NCBI GenBank assembly: GCA_043228905.1
Contig: JBHGNT010000010.1
Span: 6,200,001 to 6,264,000, forward strand
DNA from: Azolla caroliniana
Lineage: Eukaryota; Plantae; Polypodiophyta
Length of the DNA: 64,000 nucleotides
Direction of reading: 5' to 3'
Shown here piece after piece: positions 13,650 through 25,749 of the stretch. The notes below the pieces were generated by a model that worked only from the letters and a program-made list of their open reading frames with translations, searched no databases and was not told the origin of the DNA. Made by a program: the position numbers and the translations under genes. The first letter of the stretch is position 1, and each line of letters opens with the position of its first letter.

Positions 13650-14114
13650 TGTTACGGGCATGACCATATAATATCCCGTGGTGAGAATTGTCGTAGTATT
13701 CTATACACGTGGATAACTGTGAGGGTTAAACAAAGAGTCTAAAGAAGGGGAGGATTACTTTTAATCCTCGGGATTGAGACAACCCATGAGGCCAAGTGTG
13801 AACATGGCTGGGGGCCTTGAGAATTACTATAAATAAGAGGCCTAGCTACCCTCATTTGGGGATGCATTGACTACGCCGAGACTCTGTCCGTGAGTGGAAC
13901 GACTCTTGTAGCAAGCGCGCTATCGTCCAGGTACGACTCGACGCCAAGGCGGTGGTATGGGACGCCGATCGAGGCTCGAGTCCGTCTCGATCCCTTCGCT
14001 CGGGGGTGGTCGGGTGGATCGGCACCCTTCTTTCTCTCTTTTCTCTCTATTCTTTCTAGATCTATCATTGATATATCCTTATTTTATGCTTACTTTAGTA
14101 CCTAATCTCTAATA
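13650..14114 (+). repeat. 3' LTR of gypsy element
   Basis: TGTTA...TAATA followed by TSD CATTG. Confidence 0.95.
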
Positions 14115-14439
14115 CATTGCCATCCCCACCAGCCCTCCAATGGCCACAGAGCAGAAAGAAGAACCTCCCAGCGAGGAGATCACGGACACGGCACAGGAGG
14201 AACTTGCCTCGGCCAACGGACATCCCATGGACGTCCACACGGTACCAGAGCCTGTCGAAGGAGAGGCCAACGCCCACGAACCCACACCCGCACTAGAAGA
14301 ATCGGCCGCACCCGAGGCGGACGCCCAAGAAGATATGCCACCCTCGGACCAAACTCAACCCCCCGCACCAACAGTCCAACCAGACCACCCTGCCGCCACC
14401 CCGGACCCCGAAAGCATCCTCGACATCTTAAAGGAGGAA

Positions 14440-14993
14440 TGAAACGAGGATCACGCCTAAAAGGCCATTTTTGTAATATTGTTAGTATTTTGAAGGTCGT
14501 GGGTCCGACGGACAAGGTCCTGTCCCACGGGCGTGCCAGGTGTTGTCCAGAGGATAGAAATGTAAAATTAGGAAATTAGCAGACGCCGAGTCTGAGTGTC
14601 ACGGGCCACCAAGGGCTCGGCTGTGTATAAGGGAAAAGTTATTTAAACGAGGAACAGTACCTCAGAAAGGGAGAGAAGAAAATTATAGGCGGAAGCACTA
14701 GCGTAGTCATTCGAATTAGATAAACTTGTAAGGTCACCGGCCATAGGCCGTGTTCTGTAATCCTTTCTGCCATAGTAATACATATTATTTGTGCCTATTT
14801 TGGTTGCATGATTCTGTGTTTCGATCTATACCTATGAGTTTCACGCCGCCACGTCTATCAAAACCTCGCTAGTGTTTTCTCTCTGAACCCTGGATCTCTC
14901 TCGACGCCTCTGTACCAGCCTTCACGTACCACGCCCTTGAAGACCGATAGTCGCAGATCTATCGAAGGTGTTCGCCCAAAGGAACGGGTAACA
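14440..14993 (+). repeat. Putative 3' LTR of the older host retrotransposon
   Basis: Purine tract AAAGGAGGAA (14430-14439), then TG; candidate end ...GGGTAACA at 14993. The partner LTR is not in the window. Confidence 0.55.
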
Positions 14994-15264
14994 GTATTAC
15001 CCCGTACGAGATATATGGAGAGTCAAGTGTGATGAGCGAGGGTCGAATGTTATCATGATGTTGTGTATGTGTAGGGGGCATAAATGTAATTGTGAGTCTA
15101 TACGTATGTGAACACATGCACACGTGTGTGCATGTGGATGGATACGAGGAGATGTGAGTGAGTGTCCAATATGAATGCTCGAGGGGGCTTACACCCCTAT
15201 GTATCTACCCCGTCTTGTACTATTTAACCCCTTATGGGGAATGCCTGAAACATGAATATAACCA

Positions 15265-15267
<3 letters not shown>

Positions 15268-15337
<70 letters not shown>

Positions 15338-15361
15338 ACATATTTCTCTCTCTCTCTCTCT
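15268..15361. repeat. (TC)n microsatellite
   Basis: Long TC dinucleotide run with a short second run. Confidence 0.95.
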
Positions 15362-15589
15362 CCCCTTACGTTGAACCCCCTTGGGAGAGGGGTGGAGCCA
15401 TTCTAGGCACCACCCCCCACCCCTCAATGCTTGTGTTGTTCTCCATGATCTCTTACCATCATCATCACACATACATTATCAATCTACCATGATTGTTAAC
15501 CCTATTCCTATCTTTATCATTATCATCATTAACCCTAACCCTAAAAACGTACAACAGGATGCCCAACAATTGCCTTTTGCAGGTTGGGT

Positions 15590-17420
15590 TGTAGTAGCCA
15601 ATTCAGTACTTTTGGCCTCTATGTGGTTTATAACATCTGTTTGGTTATTTTCTAGGTCAGCAATAATGAAAGTGCAAAGCTTGATCCGTAATTTCCTCTA
15701 AGGGGGGAAGTGGGGGAGAAATGGATCTCGAATAATGGCCAAAGTTGCTTGGAAGGTGCTAATTCAACCTAAAATTCATGGAGGGTTGGGTTTGATAGAT
15801 CCTTTGATGCAGTCAAATAGCCCTATTGGTTAAGTTCGTGATCCGAGGATTATTGCCAGGGTTAGAAGCCTAGAAAGGAATGTTTCTAAATTAACTAATG
15901 AAGTTAAGACCTAAGATGGGATGGTCTCCCTCTCTAACATGGTTGTTCTTGAATTATGTGCAAACGCCAAGGCAGGATCTAGCATCAAATTGATTTTTGT
16001 TAGGAATCATAAGGGCATGGAATGGAATAAAGTCATTTCTGATTAAGGAAAAGCCTTCTACTTGGGATGCACTTCTTAATCAACCTCTTCTCGCAAATTC
16101 TCTATTTCAGGATAATGCAGGAAAAGTGTTGGGCCTTAGAACTCCCCTTGCCTGGGGTAAATTGGATAATGGGCCAGCCGCATTTGTAAGCACTTGGATT
16201 CAATTCCAGCAGATGCCACGAGCAGGTCGTCTTGCACATTTACAAGTTGTTCATGGTGCCAAGATAATGACTCTTGCCATTTCAATGGCATATTCCTCAT
16301 TGTCGGCAACCTTCCAACCCATGAAAGAATATTTTTGGTTTGGATGCTTCATAATTGACACATTGATGGCTGTCAAGGGTATCACACCTAATGGGTGCAT
16401 TTCTTATTTTGAGGTTCTTGACAACAGTAAATTGCAACCTCATGCCTTTGACTGCAACTATCTACAACACGTGCGGAATGCACTAGTCATAGTGGTTGCT
16501 AAAATTGGAAAGAAGTGGGTGCTTGATCCTTATCCTTCCATCACTCATATGTGTGATACGATGTGGTTGTATGCAAAAGAACCTGTTTCAAGATTACTAT
16601 GGGTTCCAGGGGGTTGGTTTTGGTCATAGTCCTTGGGGGAACATACATAAAGGTTCCCTTCTTTCAGTATTCAGTGAAGCTTGGAAGATCATTACTGATG
16701 TCTATGAATGTAACGGTACTAGCAGCTCAAAAACATTGGACTAACTAGGATGTTTCAACTTTGCAATTAAAAACCTACTAGAGATGGACCTGGTCTTTCA
16801 AGGGGCCCATTAAATTTATTCTTTTTAGATGGCTATTAGTGCATGCATCATTACCAGTTGGCCAGTCATTGAAAGGGAATGTAGCACCTAATCTTAGGCA
16901 ATGTGGCTTTTGTTATGCAACTCAGGAGACTACTAAGCATGCCCTCTAGTCTTGTCCCTTTGGCTCAACAAGTATGGAATAACCTTATGTCTTTATTCCT
17001 AATGATCAATGTTGGTTGCTTGTTCTCATGGGGAGCAACGGCCTGGGGAGTTTTACATTCTAGTTTGATGTTGTATGAGGCGATGACGGTACACAATAGA
17101 AGATTGATATCAGTTAGTCCATTTCAGCAACCTTGAAAGCAAGTGCGATCTGTCCAGGTTTGGAAAACTACGATGACAGTAACGTTATGGGTATTATGTA
17201 AATGTAGATGTAGCAAATCTTGGTCCTTCAGATGTACTGCGTGAGATATGGGAAACACTAATGTCAGTAGTCCGTAGGAAGTATGATACTATGTATGGTT
17301 CTCCAGAAAATGTTCACAAGAGAAGGACGAAGTTGCTTCACTTATGGAGGAAGTTGCCCCTCTTTGTAATGTTAGATCAAGGGCCTCAATGGAACTATCG
17401 ACTTCCATGGACCCTTTCTT
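15590..17420 (+). mobile_element. Degenerate 5'-truncated L1-type LINE (C-terminal ORF2)
   Basis: IRNFL.GG...AKVAWKVLIQPKIHGGLGLIDP (~15685-15805) and a decayed zf-RVT-like segment (WLLVHASLPVG...PLAQQVW, ~16830-16980), with many stops and frameshifts. Boundaries are approximate. Confidence 0.7.
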
Positions 17421-18094
17421 GAATATCAGTACATCATGGTAATGTACCGTATCAAGGTTCAACACCCCTTTATAAGTTGTTTTTGTATGTATAGGTTTTG
17501 GTGTACATACAATGTCTTTTATTCTACGTTGTAAGCCTTTGGGCAGATAACTTCAACTGTCTTCAGACATTTTTAATACTATTGAAGAATATCTTTCAAG
17601 GAAAAAAAAAGTTGGAATATGCTAAAATGTCAAAATTGGAACATTACATGGCTAATATTAACCCCCCTAGTGTTGGCTCCAATACAAGGAAAAAATGATA
17701 TAATTGGTTCAATCCAGAGAGCCTTAACACTTCTTCAAACTCGCCCACACAAGTTAGGCGTTGAGGTAGCATCATGGCATCATGACCATTAAATATGAAG
17801 ATATGAAATGAAAACCTAGTAGATGATGAGCATCACTTACTTATCACATGCTCAATGTATAAGGTAATTTGCAAGAAATATGATGACTTTTTAGATGGGC
17901 AAGATAGTGTGAGGTCATGCTCAAATTTTCACCAATAAGGGTGAATACATATGTGCATGCATTATTTTCACATCAAGAGTTTTTGCTATAGAGGAGTAAC
18001 CCCCTTCTTAGGAAGGAGTCACGTATAAGATGATGTGTTGATTTTGTCCCATAGGTCAAATTTCTCCTCATAATGGACGATAAAATATATATCT

Positions 18095-18136
<42 letters not shown>

Positions 18137-18974
18137 TCACAAAATACAATGTTTCCACTACCCGCGATTCTGACATATATGTCCCTAGGTTGAAATCATT
18201 CATAGGTTTGCTTTGGCTTATGCCCATCATATTTGCCCTTAAATTTGCATTAAGCTCATATTCTCTTCAAGAGAGCTCCCTCATACTTATGTCTAAGAGC
18301 TAGATATCATCCATTAAGTGTGAATATTCACTTTATATATGATTTTGGCATCATGACTAAAATAAGAAGCTCCATATAATGAGGTCGTTTTCAAGGTCAA
18401 TTGACCCAAATTATACCAGAAAACCAAGTAGATGTTAAATGTGATGTGTTTGAACCTTTAGTCAGATGGTAGGGTTAAGCTGAGGGAGTTATAATCTTGC
18501 CAATAGTTGGGATGTGAGGTGAATAATTGTATCATCTATGTGAATTTGTGCTAGTTAATCACATTCATAGTAATGTAAGAGAATACCTCCCACCTTAGAT
18601 GTAATAAGAGTCACTTCATTCCCCAATTAGGATTAGAAAAAATACGTGGTATATTCCTCCGCTCATAATCGAGGAAAGGATGCTACAAAGGCGAAGAAAA
18701 TACTTGCCATGCAAGGGTGCGAGCGAAGTCCTGCTACTTGTGCATATCAAGAGGCATCATTGGAAGAGCAATGTGGGGCGTGGCTCATGAAGACACATAT
18801 AGGTATATCTATCGGTATAGTTCCGGATGTGTGCGTTGATCAAAAGGCAACACGCAACAGGATGTGCGGAGATGTGGATCGATGCACGCATACATACAAT
18901 ACAATACAATATAATACAATACAACACAATACAATGCGAGCTCCTCCATCATGTCGGAGAACTAAGATAAGATA

Positions 18975-19085
18975 GGAGAAGAAGCTCCCGATGGTGGTCT
19001 TATTTGTGCTTTCAGTGCCGATCGCGAGAACTAAGGTAAGATCGGCACTGAAAGCACAGATCAGACCACCAGGAGCTTCTTCTCC
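18975..19085. repeat. Near-perfect inverted repeat (~46-bp stem, 16-nt loop)
   Basis: GGAGAAGAAGCTCC-cga-TGGTGGTCT-tatt-TGTGCTTTCAGTGCCGATC pairs with GATCGGCACTGAAAGCACA-gatc-AGACCACCA-GGAGCTTCTTCTCC. Confidence 0.9.
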
Positions 19086-19992
19086 CTTCTCCTTTTCCTT
19101 CTTCTTCTTCTTCTTCTTCTTCTTGCCTTTTCTTTCCTTTGTTATTATTGTATTGTTGTTATTTATTTTATTTTCTTAGTAAATAACAAACAATAATTAG
19201 TAAAGAAAAAGCAAAGTAACAAAGAAAATGCAAGCAACGTGCTCTTCCCTGCCCCTGCCTCTGCCTCCTTCTCCTCTGTTTCTGCCTCTGCCTCTGCCTC
19301 CTCTGTCTCTGCGTGCTCCATCGCAAAAAGGAAAGCGGGCTAGGGTTTCTTCTCCTTCTCCTTCTCCTTCTCCTTCTTCCTCCTCCTCGTTTTCATGGTT
19401 GGCTTCCTTCTCCTGGTAAGTGCTCCGCCTCCTCTCTGTTTCCTCTTCACCATCGCTGTTCACCCCCCCCCCCCCCCCCTCCCCCCCTTTCCTTTGTGTA
19501 TAATTATCATCTTTTCCCATCACAGCAGTCGCACACCAAAAGTTTCCGCCTTTGTCTACAATTTTTGAGATCCTTAGCGCACCTGTTATACAGCATAGAT
19601 TGTTAGATCAGAGTTTTTGAGTATCTTAGATCCAAATTTGGATCTTACACACTTACATATGCATGTATAGTTACACACACGCACGCACGCACACAACTGC
19701 CTTGCCTAACTACATAAGTTCCCAATATATGCACACATACATACACAACACAGAACTTGTGAATGTTTGTATGTGTGTGCATGTTTGGGATAGGTATGCA
19801 TTTTCGCATGCATATGTATGTGCATAAAAATCGAATTGTGTGCATATAGGTGGGTAGATAGGTATGCGTTTATGTGTGTGTATATGTATGATTTTTGTCG
19901 GACACAGTTAATTCTTAACTTCTGGATGCAAACATTTGCAGATATTCTTCGAGGTTTGAAGGGCATAGGGGTAGCTGGGGGGGTTTGCTGCC

Positions 19993-20211
19993 ATGTCGGC
20001 GGTTGTCTGTGGAAAGCGGAATTTCTTTGAAGAAATACATCCTCCAGTTCCAAAGAGGCTACGTTGTGCAGGAGAATTTGATTTGGGCCAAAGTGAATCT
20101 TCGTTGGGATCAATAGAATCTCCTCAGAATTTAGCAGACTTGCTGTTTCAATTGAAAATTCGTTTTGCTCATATGGATGATCAGGTATAATCTTCTTTAG
20201 CAATTGTTTGA

Positions 20212-20267
<56 letters not shown>

Positions 20268-22545
20268 ATGCATTTCTGGGACAGGTTTTGGAAATAAGAA
20301 TGAAAATTTTCTTTTTTTCAACTTTCAAATCCCTATGCCATACAAAGAGGCAGGATAAGTATTGGCAGAAGAATTGGGAAGCTGGAAAATTACTTCCAGT
20401 GAGACTGAATCTAATGCATTTGATGCTCTCATGACGTAGACAAATAATATACAGTGTCACCAAGGAACTCCCTGGTGAAGTCTTTGTTATATATGAATTA
20501 CTGTGGTTAAGTTCAAGATAATAGACAAAGAATACATGGTCCCAACTCATTAGTGAAGTCTTTTATATCTATGAATTACTGTGATTTAGTTCTAGATAAC
20601 ATGTGTACCATCCGCATCATTTATCTTCATATTGTGGTAGTGATATTTCTACGAGGTTATGTATTGTATGGTTATATGGGAGGGTTTTGCAATCCCTTTT
20701 TATACTACTGTAATCTGCTTTCTCTTTCCTTTTAGTACGGTTCCAGTTGCTGAATGATTTTTCACTAGTATGTTTCCATGCTATCATTATTCCTTATGAT
20801 TAGTATTATCAGAATCCTGTAATTATTTTGGAAATTCGACCAGAAATATCATGGAGGAGCCAATCTAGATCCTAGGATACTTAAGCTAGCATAATAGTAC
20901 TAGACAAGGGTTAACTTTTACATAACGTTTTATTCTCTCCCCCCCTCTTTCTTTATTTTCGCACCCTCAAATGCACTCTGTAAGCTTTATATATCCTTGT
21001 AAACTTTGGAACTGATTTAAGTCTCCATTGTTGACATTTCTGGATATAGTTGATAGAGAAAGTTTTTGAATCATGTGGGCACAATCTCGACTCCACAATA
21101 AAGAGTCTCAACAATCTTTGCCTTAGTTCTGGTGTAGAAGAGAGTACATTGGCTCCCCAAGAAAAAGGTAATTCAGTGGACTCTTGTTTCAAATTTTGAA
21201 GCTCACCTTTTTTGGCAAATAATCATGTATATACACTGCAGATGTCATTTTGACTACAGTTAACACGCGTGTCTCTATTATATAGATATTCAAGCTACAA
21301 GCTTAGAAGCTTCGAACCAACAAGTACCAGAATGTGAAGGAAGTAAATGGGTGGAACTTTTTGTACAAGAAATGCTTAGTGCTTCTAATCTTGATGATGC
21401 CAAGGATCGTGCAGCCAGAGCTTTAAAAGCTTTTGAAGAGTCAATTACTTGCCGCAGTGGACTCTTGCTTGAAGATTTGCAGAAGGTATGTTTATGATCA
21501 CTATTATCAAATGATTCCTAACTGTGTATATCCTAGAACTTGTACTGACAAAATCTTCGATTACAACTTTCCCTCTATTTCCCCTAACGCCCCAGCATGT
21601 TTGTTATTCCCCCAAACAGCAATTGTCAAGGGCTTTTTGGGAAATAATGAAACTTAGGGACATTTGAGGAAATGTAGAGATCGGGTAGCTCAGAGTATTT
21701 CTGGGCTTTTTGGGAAATAATGGAACTTAGGGACATTTGAGGACTTGGTTTTTTAACTTTTTCTATTTTCACCAAGTCGAATCAGAATTTTTAGTTCTAA
21801 CTTCCATGTCAATACAGGGCCATGCTGTACTAAAAGAACAACTTCAGACGGTTGTCCGTGATAATCACATTTTGAAACGTGCTGTTTCTATCCAGCATGA
21901 GAGACAGGCTGAGCATGAAAATTGCACGCAGGAAATAAACCAATTAAAACAGTTGATCTCTCAGTATCAGGAACAAGTTCGAACATTAGAGGTAATCTCA
22001 ATAGGCTTCAACTTCTGGTTTTTGTGTTATTAGGAAAAAAGTCTATTGCCACAGATGACTTGTCAAGTCATGATTATTTTTGTCAAAAATATCTTTTTGA
22101 TGTGCAAATTTGATGTTCAATGCCTGGCATATGATCATAACAAGGTGAATTTCCATGATATTGCATGTATACCTCCATTCTTCACCTGTTCCTGTGAGGC
22201 TGTCTTATTTTCTATAGAATGTCTAACAGTCATGCAAAGTATAAAACCCATACAAGTAGGTAGTAAACCAGGAAGGTGTTGCCCATAATAGTTATGAGAT
22301 ATAGACATACACCAAAATTGAATTACATTATAGTCAATCGTGAGTGTATAGCTAATTTTACGCGTGTGCTTTTATCAGCCTAGCCTTCGCCGCAAATACA
22401 GACCCTTCCCTACTAATGATTTTGCTGAAGTAATAGTTTTCTTGTTTATCCTTGTTAGGTGAACAATTATGCACTAACCATGCATCTCAAACAAGCTCAA
22501 GAAGGAAGTTCTATATCTGGACGATTCCATCCAGACGTGTTCTAA
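19993..22545 (+). CDS. Plant ubiquitin-binding CUE-domain protein; exons 19993-20184, 21050-21167, 21286-21485, 21818-21991, 22459-22545
   Basis: Family-typical N-terminus MSAVVCGKRNFFEE, CUE segment MDDQLIEKVFESCGHNLDSTIKSLNNLCL, WVELFVQEM...RAARAL, ILKRAVSIQHERQ, and C-terminus NNYALTMHLKQAQ...GRFHPDVF*. GT-AG introns keep the frame. A probable 5'UTR intron lies at 19416-19941. Confidence 0.9.
20213..20265. repeat. (TA)n microsatellite in intron
   Basis: TA run. Confidence 0.95.
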
Positions 22546-23734
22546 ACCAAAAAGGAGAGATTCTTTGGTTTCTAACAATAGAGGTTGTAAGTTTGACAAT
22601 TGAAATGCCAATTTAATTTGTGCACATTCGATGGCCTCTTTTTACACAGTTATCCTCTTCATGAACTTGAGTAATGGGAGAGTGCCCAACTAAAGCTTTG
22701 CAATATACCTAATAAGAAGCACAGCTCCTGATACATGGTTCTTGCATGAGGTTGTAAGTCTTGCAGTTTTGTTGGTATTTCTGTGGATGAAGATTTTTTG
22801 TTGGTTTTGTATGCTTGTCCATCAAATTACTGTGTGAATTGTCCAAATAGGTGTTTGGACAATTCACACGAGGTTGTGGGCTTATTATGCCCATAACCTC
22901 GTAGGTTTGTCTTATTATCTTGCTAGTTTTCCTTCCATTATGAAGCTGGGAATGAATCCCCACCCAACCATCAAATCACTTTTCCAAGAAATTGTAAAAA
23001 ATTGAAGATGGTGCTATTTATTTTTAAACCTTGTTTATTATGTCAGTTATGCAACATGCAACTGCCACTTGTGAAAGTTCCAATCATAGAATATACCTTC
23101 CTTTGAAGAGCCATCCTTGATGGCTGTCGCATGTGTGACTCATGCCTAGATGTGCATTTTGTAATAAATCCTACGTGCCAATTATTAAAGAATCAATGAA
23201 ACTAAACAAGTGAAATTTATCCATCATAAACATGTTTATCAAAGATTAACAAAGTAACACATTGATAGCAGAATAATTAATAGGTGATATAAATGTAGAC
23301 AAGTTTTTGTTTCGATTGAAATTCCCGGATTTTCTAGTTATTAGATCAAGATGTACTGACCGTCATGTGTTTGTGTGCACAAAGTTAAGTTTGATGGAAG
23401 GATTTTACAGGAGGCCACAACTATATTTTTGGAAATGTTAGTTGCTGTTTCTTGTTTAATAACGTACTTTCTGGTTTAATCGCGTTGGTTCTTGTTGCAA
23501 TGAAATGTGGTTTATTAGCTACTGCTAGTTCATTAGAATGTTGACCTCATGAGTCTTAAAGCTTCAGTACAAGCCCCACCAACATTATGGCAGTTTGATT
23601 GTGAATGTTAAAGCTTCAAGTTTGGACCTTTTTTGCACAAATGGCGAATGCGTATGAACAATTTAAATTACACCACTCTTTAAATTAAAATAACATATTC
23701 TTGTTTCAAATGTCACATCTATGTTGCTAAATAG

Positions 23735-24135
23735 TTATGGGCCCAAGCCATTTAACCAAACCAAACCACATTAAAACTAGACAGAACCATTTAATCACAA
23801 ATTTAAACCTAACCATTCAAATCAAAGCAATTTAAAAATTAATTAAATAAGCATTGATGTCAAATTTAATTAAATAAAAAACCATTTAAGCATTTAAGTT
23901 AAGTTAATTAAATCAATTAAAAAACATTAACTAAACCATTAACGAAAAGCCAATAAACCTTTAAATTGAACAACTTGAGCCTATAAACCCAAGTTTTAGA
24001 ACCAAATTAAATTGAAACCAAACCGTGTTTATAATAATTGAACCAAACCAAGCCATTTCATTATATTGGAAACGATAAACTATTAAACCATGGCTTAATG
24101 GCTCGGTTTGTTTTGATCCCAAACCAGGCCCATAA
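23735..24135. mobile_element. Degenerate AT-rich MITE-like element
   Basis: Inverted ends TTATGGGCC/GGCCCATAA and many AAACC/AACCA subterminal-like motifs. No TSD found. Confidence 0.35.
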
Positions 24136-25749
24136 AATATATGCACACTCTTCAAATGACAAATTTATGCACACACTGTTCAATTGCCAAATCTAGATAC
24201 TCTCCAAACTTGAAGACCAAACTCTTTGATTAAGACAATAGTCATATATATATTCAAGCTTGGTACATGTAGATGTGTCCCCTTTCATGTTTTTTCTCTA
24301 TCTTTACGTTGTTTGCTCTCCTTTTTTGAAAGCTTTCAGTAGCTCATGGAAAGCCTTCATCAGATCCACTTGGGTAATTCTAGTGGAAAGCATTTGAGAA
24401 AAGGCTTTGTGGAGCTCCTTCGAGTAAACCCTTCATAAAATTCGTGAAAGTAAAGGCTTAACATAATGGACTGTCATGTGAACTTGTCAAGCCAATTTTT
24501 TGTGGAGTTGGCTCGCATACTCTCTCTCCATGTAGAAGCTTCAAGTAATCCCTAGTTCGCATAATCAATTCAAGGGAACTCCTCATGTAATTGGGTTCTG
24601 TAAATTGTTCGTGAAATCCATTGGTATAAAGCCTTCTTGTAATTTTCCCTTTGTGTGAAGACTTCATGTAATTTTCTCTCCATGTGAAGCCTTAGTGTAA
24701 ATTCTAGTTGTAATCTCTAGCATAATCTTTACATGTAATTGCTTAATGTGAAGCTCTCATAGAAACACTTCCTAGAAAATGCTCAAGTAAACTCTTCACA
24801 TAATTCTTTCGATAAAAAGGGGATCTCTTGGATAAATATGGCATGTATTGCATAATGGTTTCATGTGAAGGGTTTGTAACATTTTCATAGAAACTCTTAA
24901 CAAAAAGTGTTCGTTGAAACTTTTAGGGTAAGTGTTGCAAGGAGGGGATATGCGAAGGTTATAGGGAGCAAGATGGGGAGAACCCTGAAATTTAGGGTAG
25001 AAATAATGGAAGAAAAGGGCAAGAAGAAGAAGAAGAAAAGAGGGAAACAAACACACAAGAAAAAGGTGACATGATAACACAAAAAAGGAATGCCCCTAAG
25101 AAGTTGCCAAGATTATGAGTCTCACCGAGTTTAGCAATTGCTTCATTATGAAAACATATTCAAATAGTATTGCAAATGCCATGTATGAGGCGCCAACCCA
25201 TAACCTCATATATCAACCACCACGTGCGAACCAAGAGTATAAATATTTTTATCAATATATATTCTCATTATTATAATTATGTCTTATGCAATATTGCATA
25301 CATGTCAACTTAAATGAGCAACATGTTTGTCATTCATGTGTGCCAAGTGGTGATCACACAACACATATAAAGTGGAGGACATATTTAGACTAGTGCCATA
25401 AGATAGAAATTTGGTTTCTACCCAACATTGAATGAATTGCATTGGGCGCGTTTAATTACATTAGGGGCTGAATACTCTTAAAATGGAGAGAGGGATCATA
25501 TTTATGGATCAATGAAACAATAAGGCATCAAATGCATCGAATGGCCATGGCACATTGTTTAAATGACTAAGATCTAGTCAATTCAAAATCAATGGGATGA
25601 GTTGAATTTTTATTAGTTTGTCGAACTTTCCTTTCCATACACTTCGTGCTAAAGGTGAAACAAAAAATTATTTGTACAAGAAATAATTATCGATTGGTTA
25701 TATCTTGTCTACTTTGGCAAGTGCATGGACCCAATTAATCTTAGGTAAG

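Larger units (their letters stand above)
6784..14114 (+). mobile_element. Full-length Ty3/gypsy chromovirus-type LTR retrotransposon
   Basis: Two 465-bp LTRs (6784-7248, 13650-14114), 5-bp TSD CATTG (6779-6783, 14115-14119), tRNA-iMet PBS, PPT, and gag-PR-RT-RH-INT-chromodomain. Confidence 0.97.
4653..14442 (+). pseudogene. Decayed coiled-coil accessory ORF of an older host LTR element, split by the gypsy insertion (4653-6783 + 14120-14442)
   Basis: ORFs 4692-4934, 4989-5921 and 5991-6776 share one frame, and 14140-14442 continues it once the gypsy element and one TSD are removed. It has five in-frame stops (TGA/TAG). The middle is E/Q/K/A-rich and heptad-like, and the ends are P/E-rich. Confidence 0.75.

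Noticed and set aside
15158-15472. Short ORFs with LSLSLS/ERERER or YIYIYI runs (also ~18073, 20204, 33689, 44885, 47018)
   Set aside because: They are translations of microsatellites or low-complexity DNA.
21630-21743. ~41-bp direct repeat in a CUE gene intron
   Set aside because: An ordinary local duplication with no TIR, TSD or coding consequence.
24480-24900. Degenerate CATGTAATT/TGTGAAGC repeats as a functional array
   Set aside because: Irregular and eroded, next to a decayed retroelement. Probably TE-internal repeats, and no consistent period could be defined.
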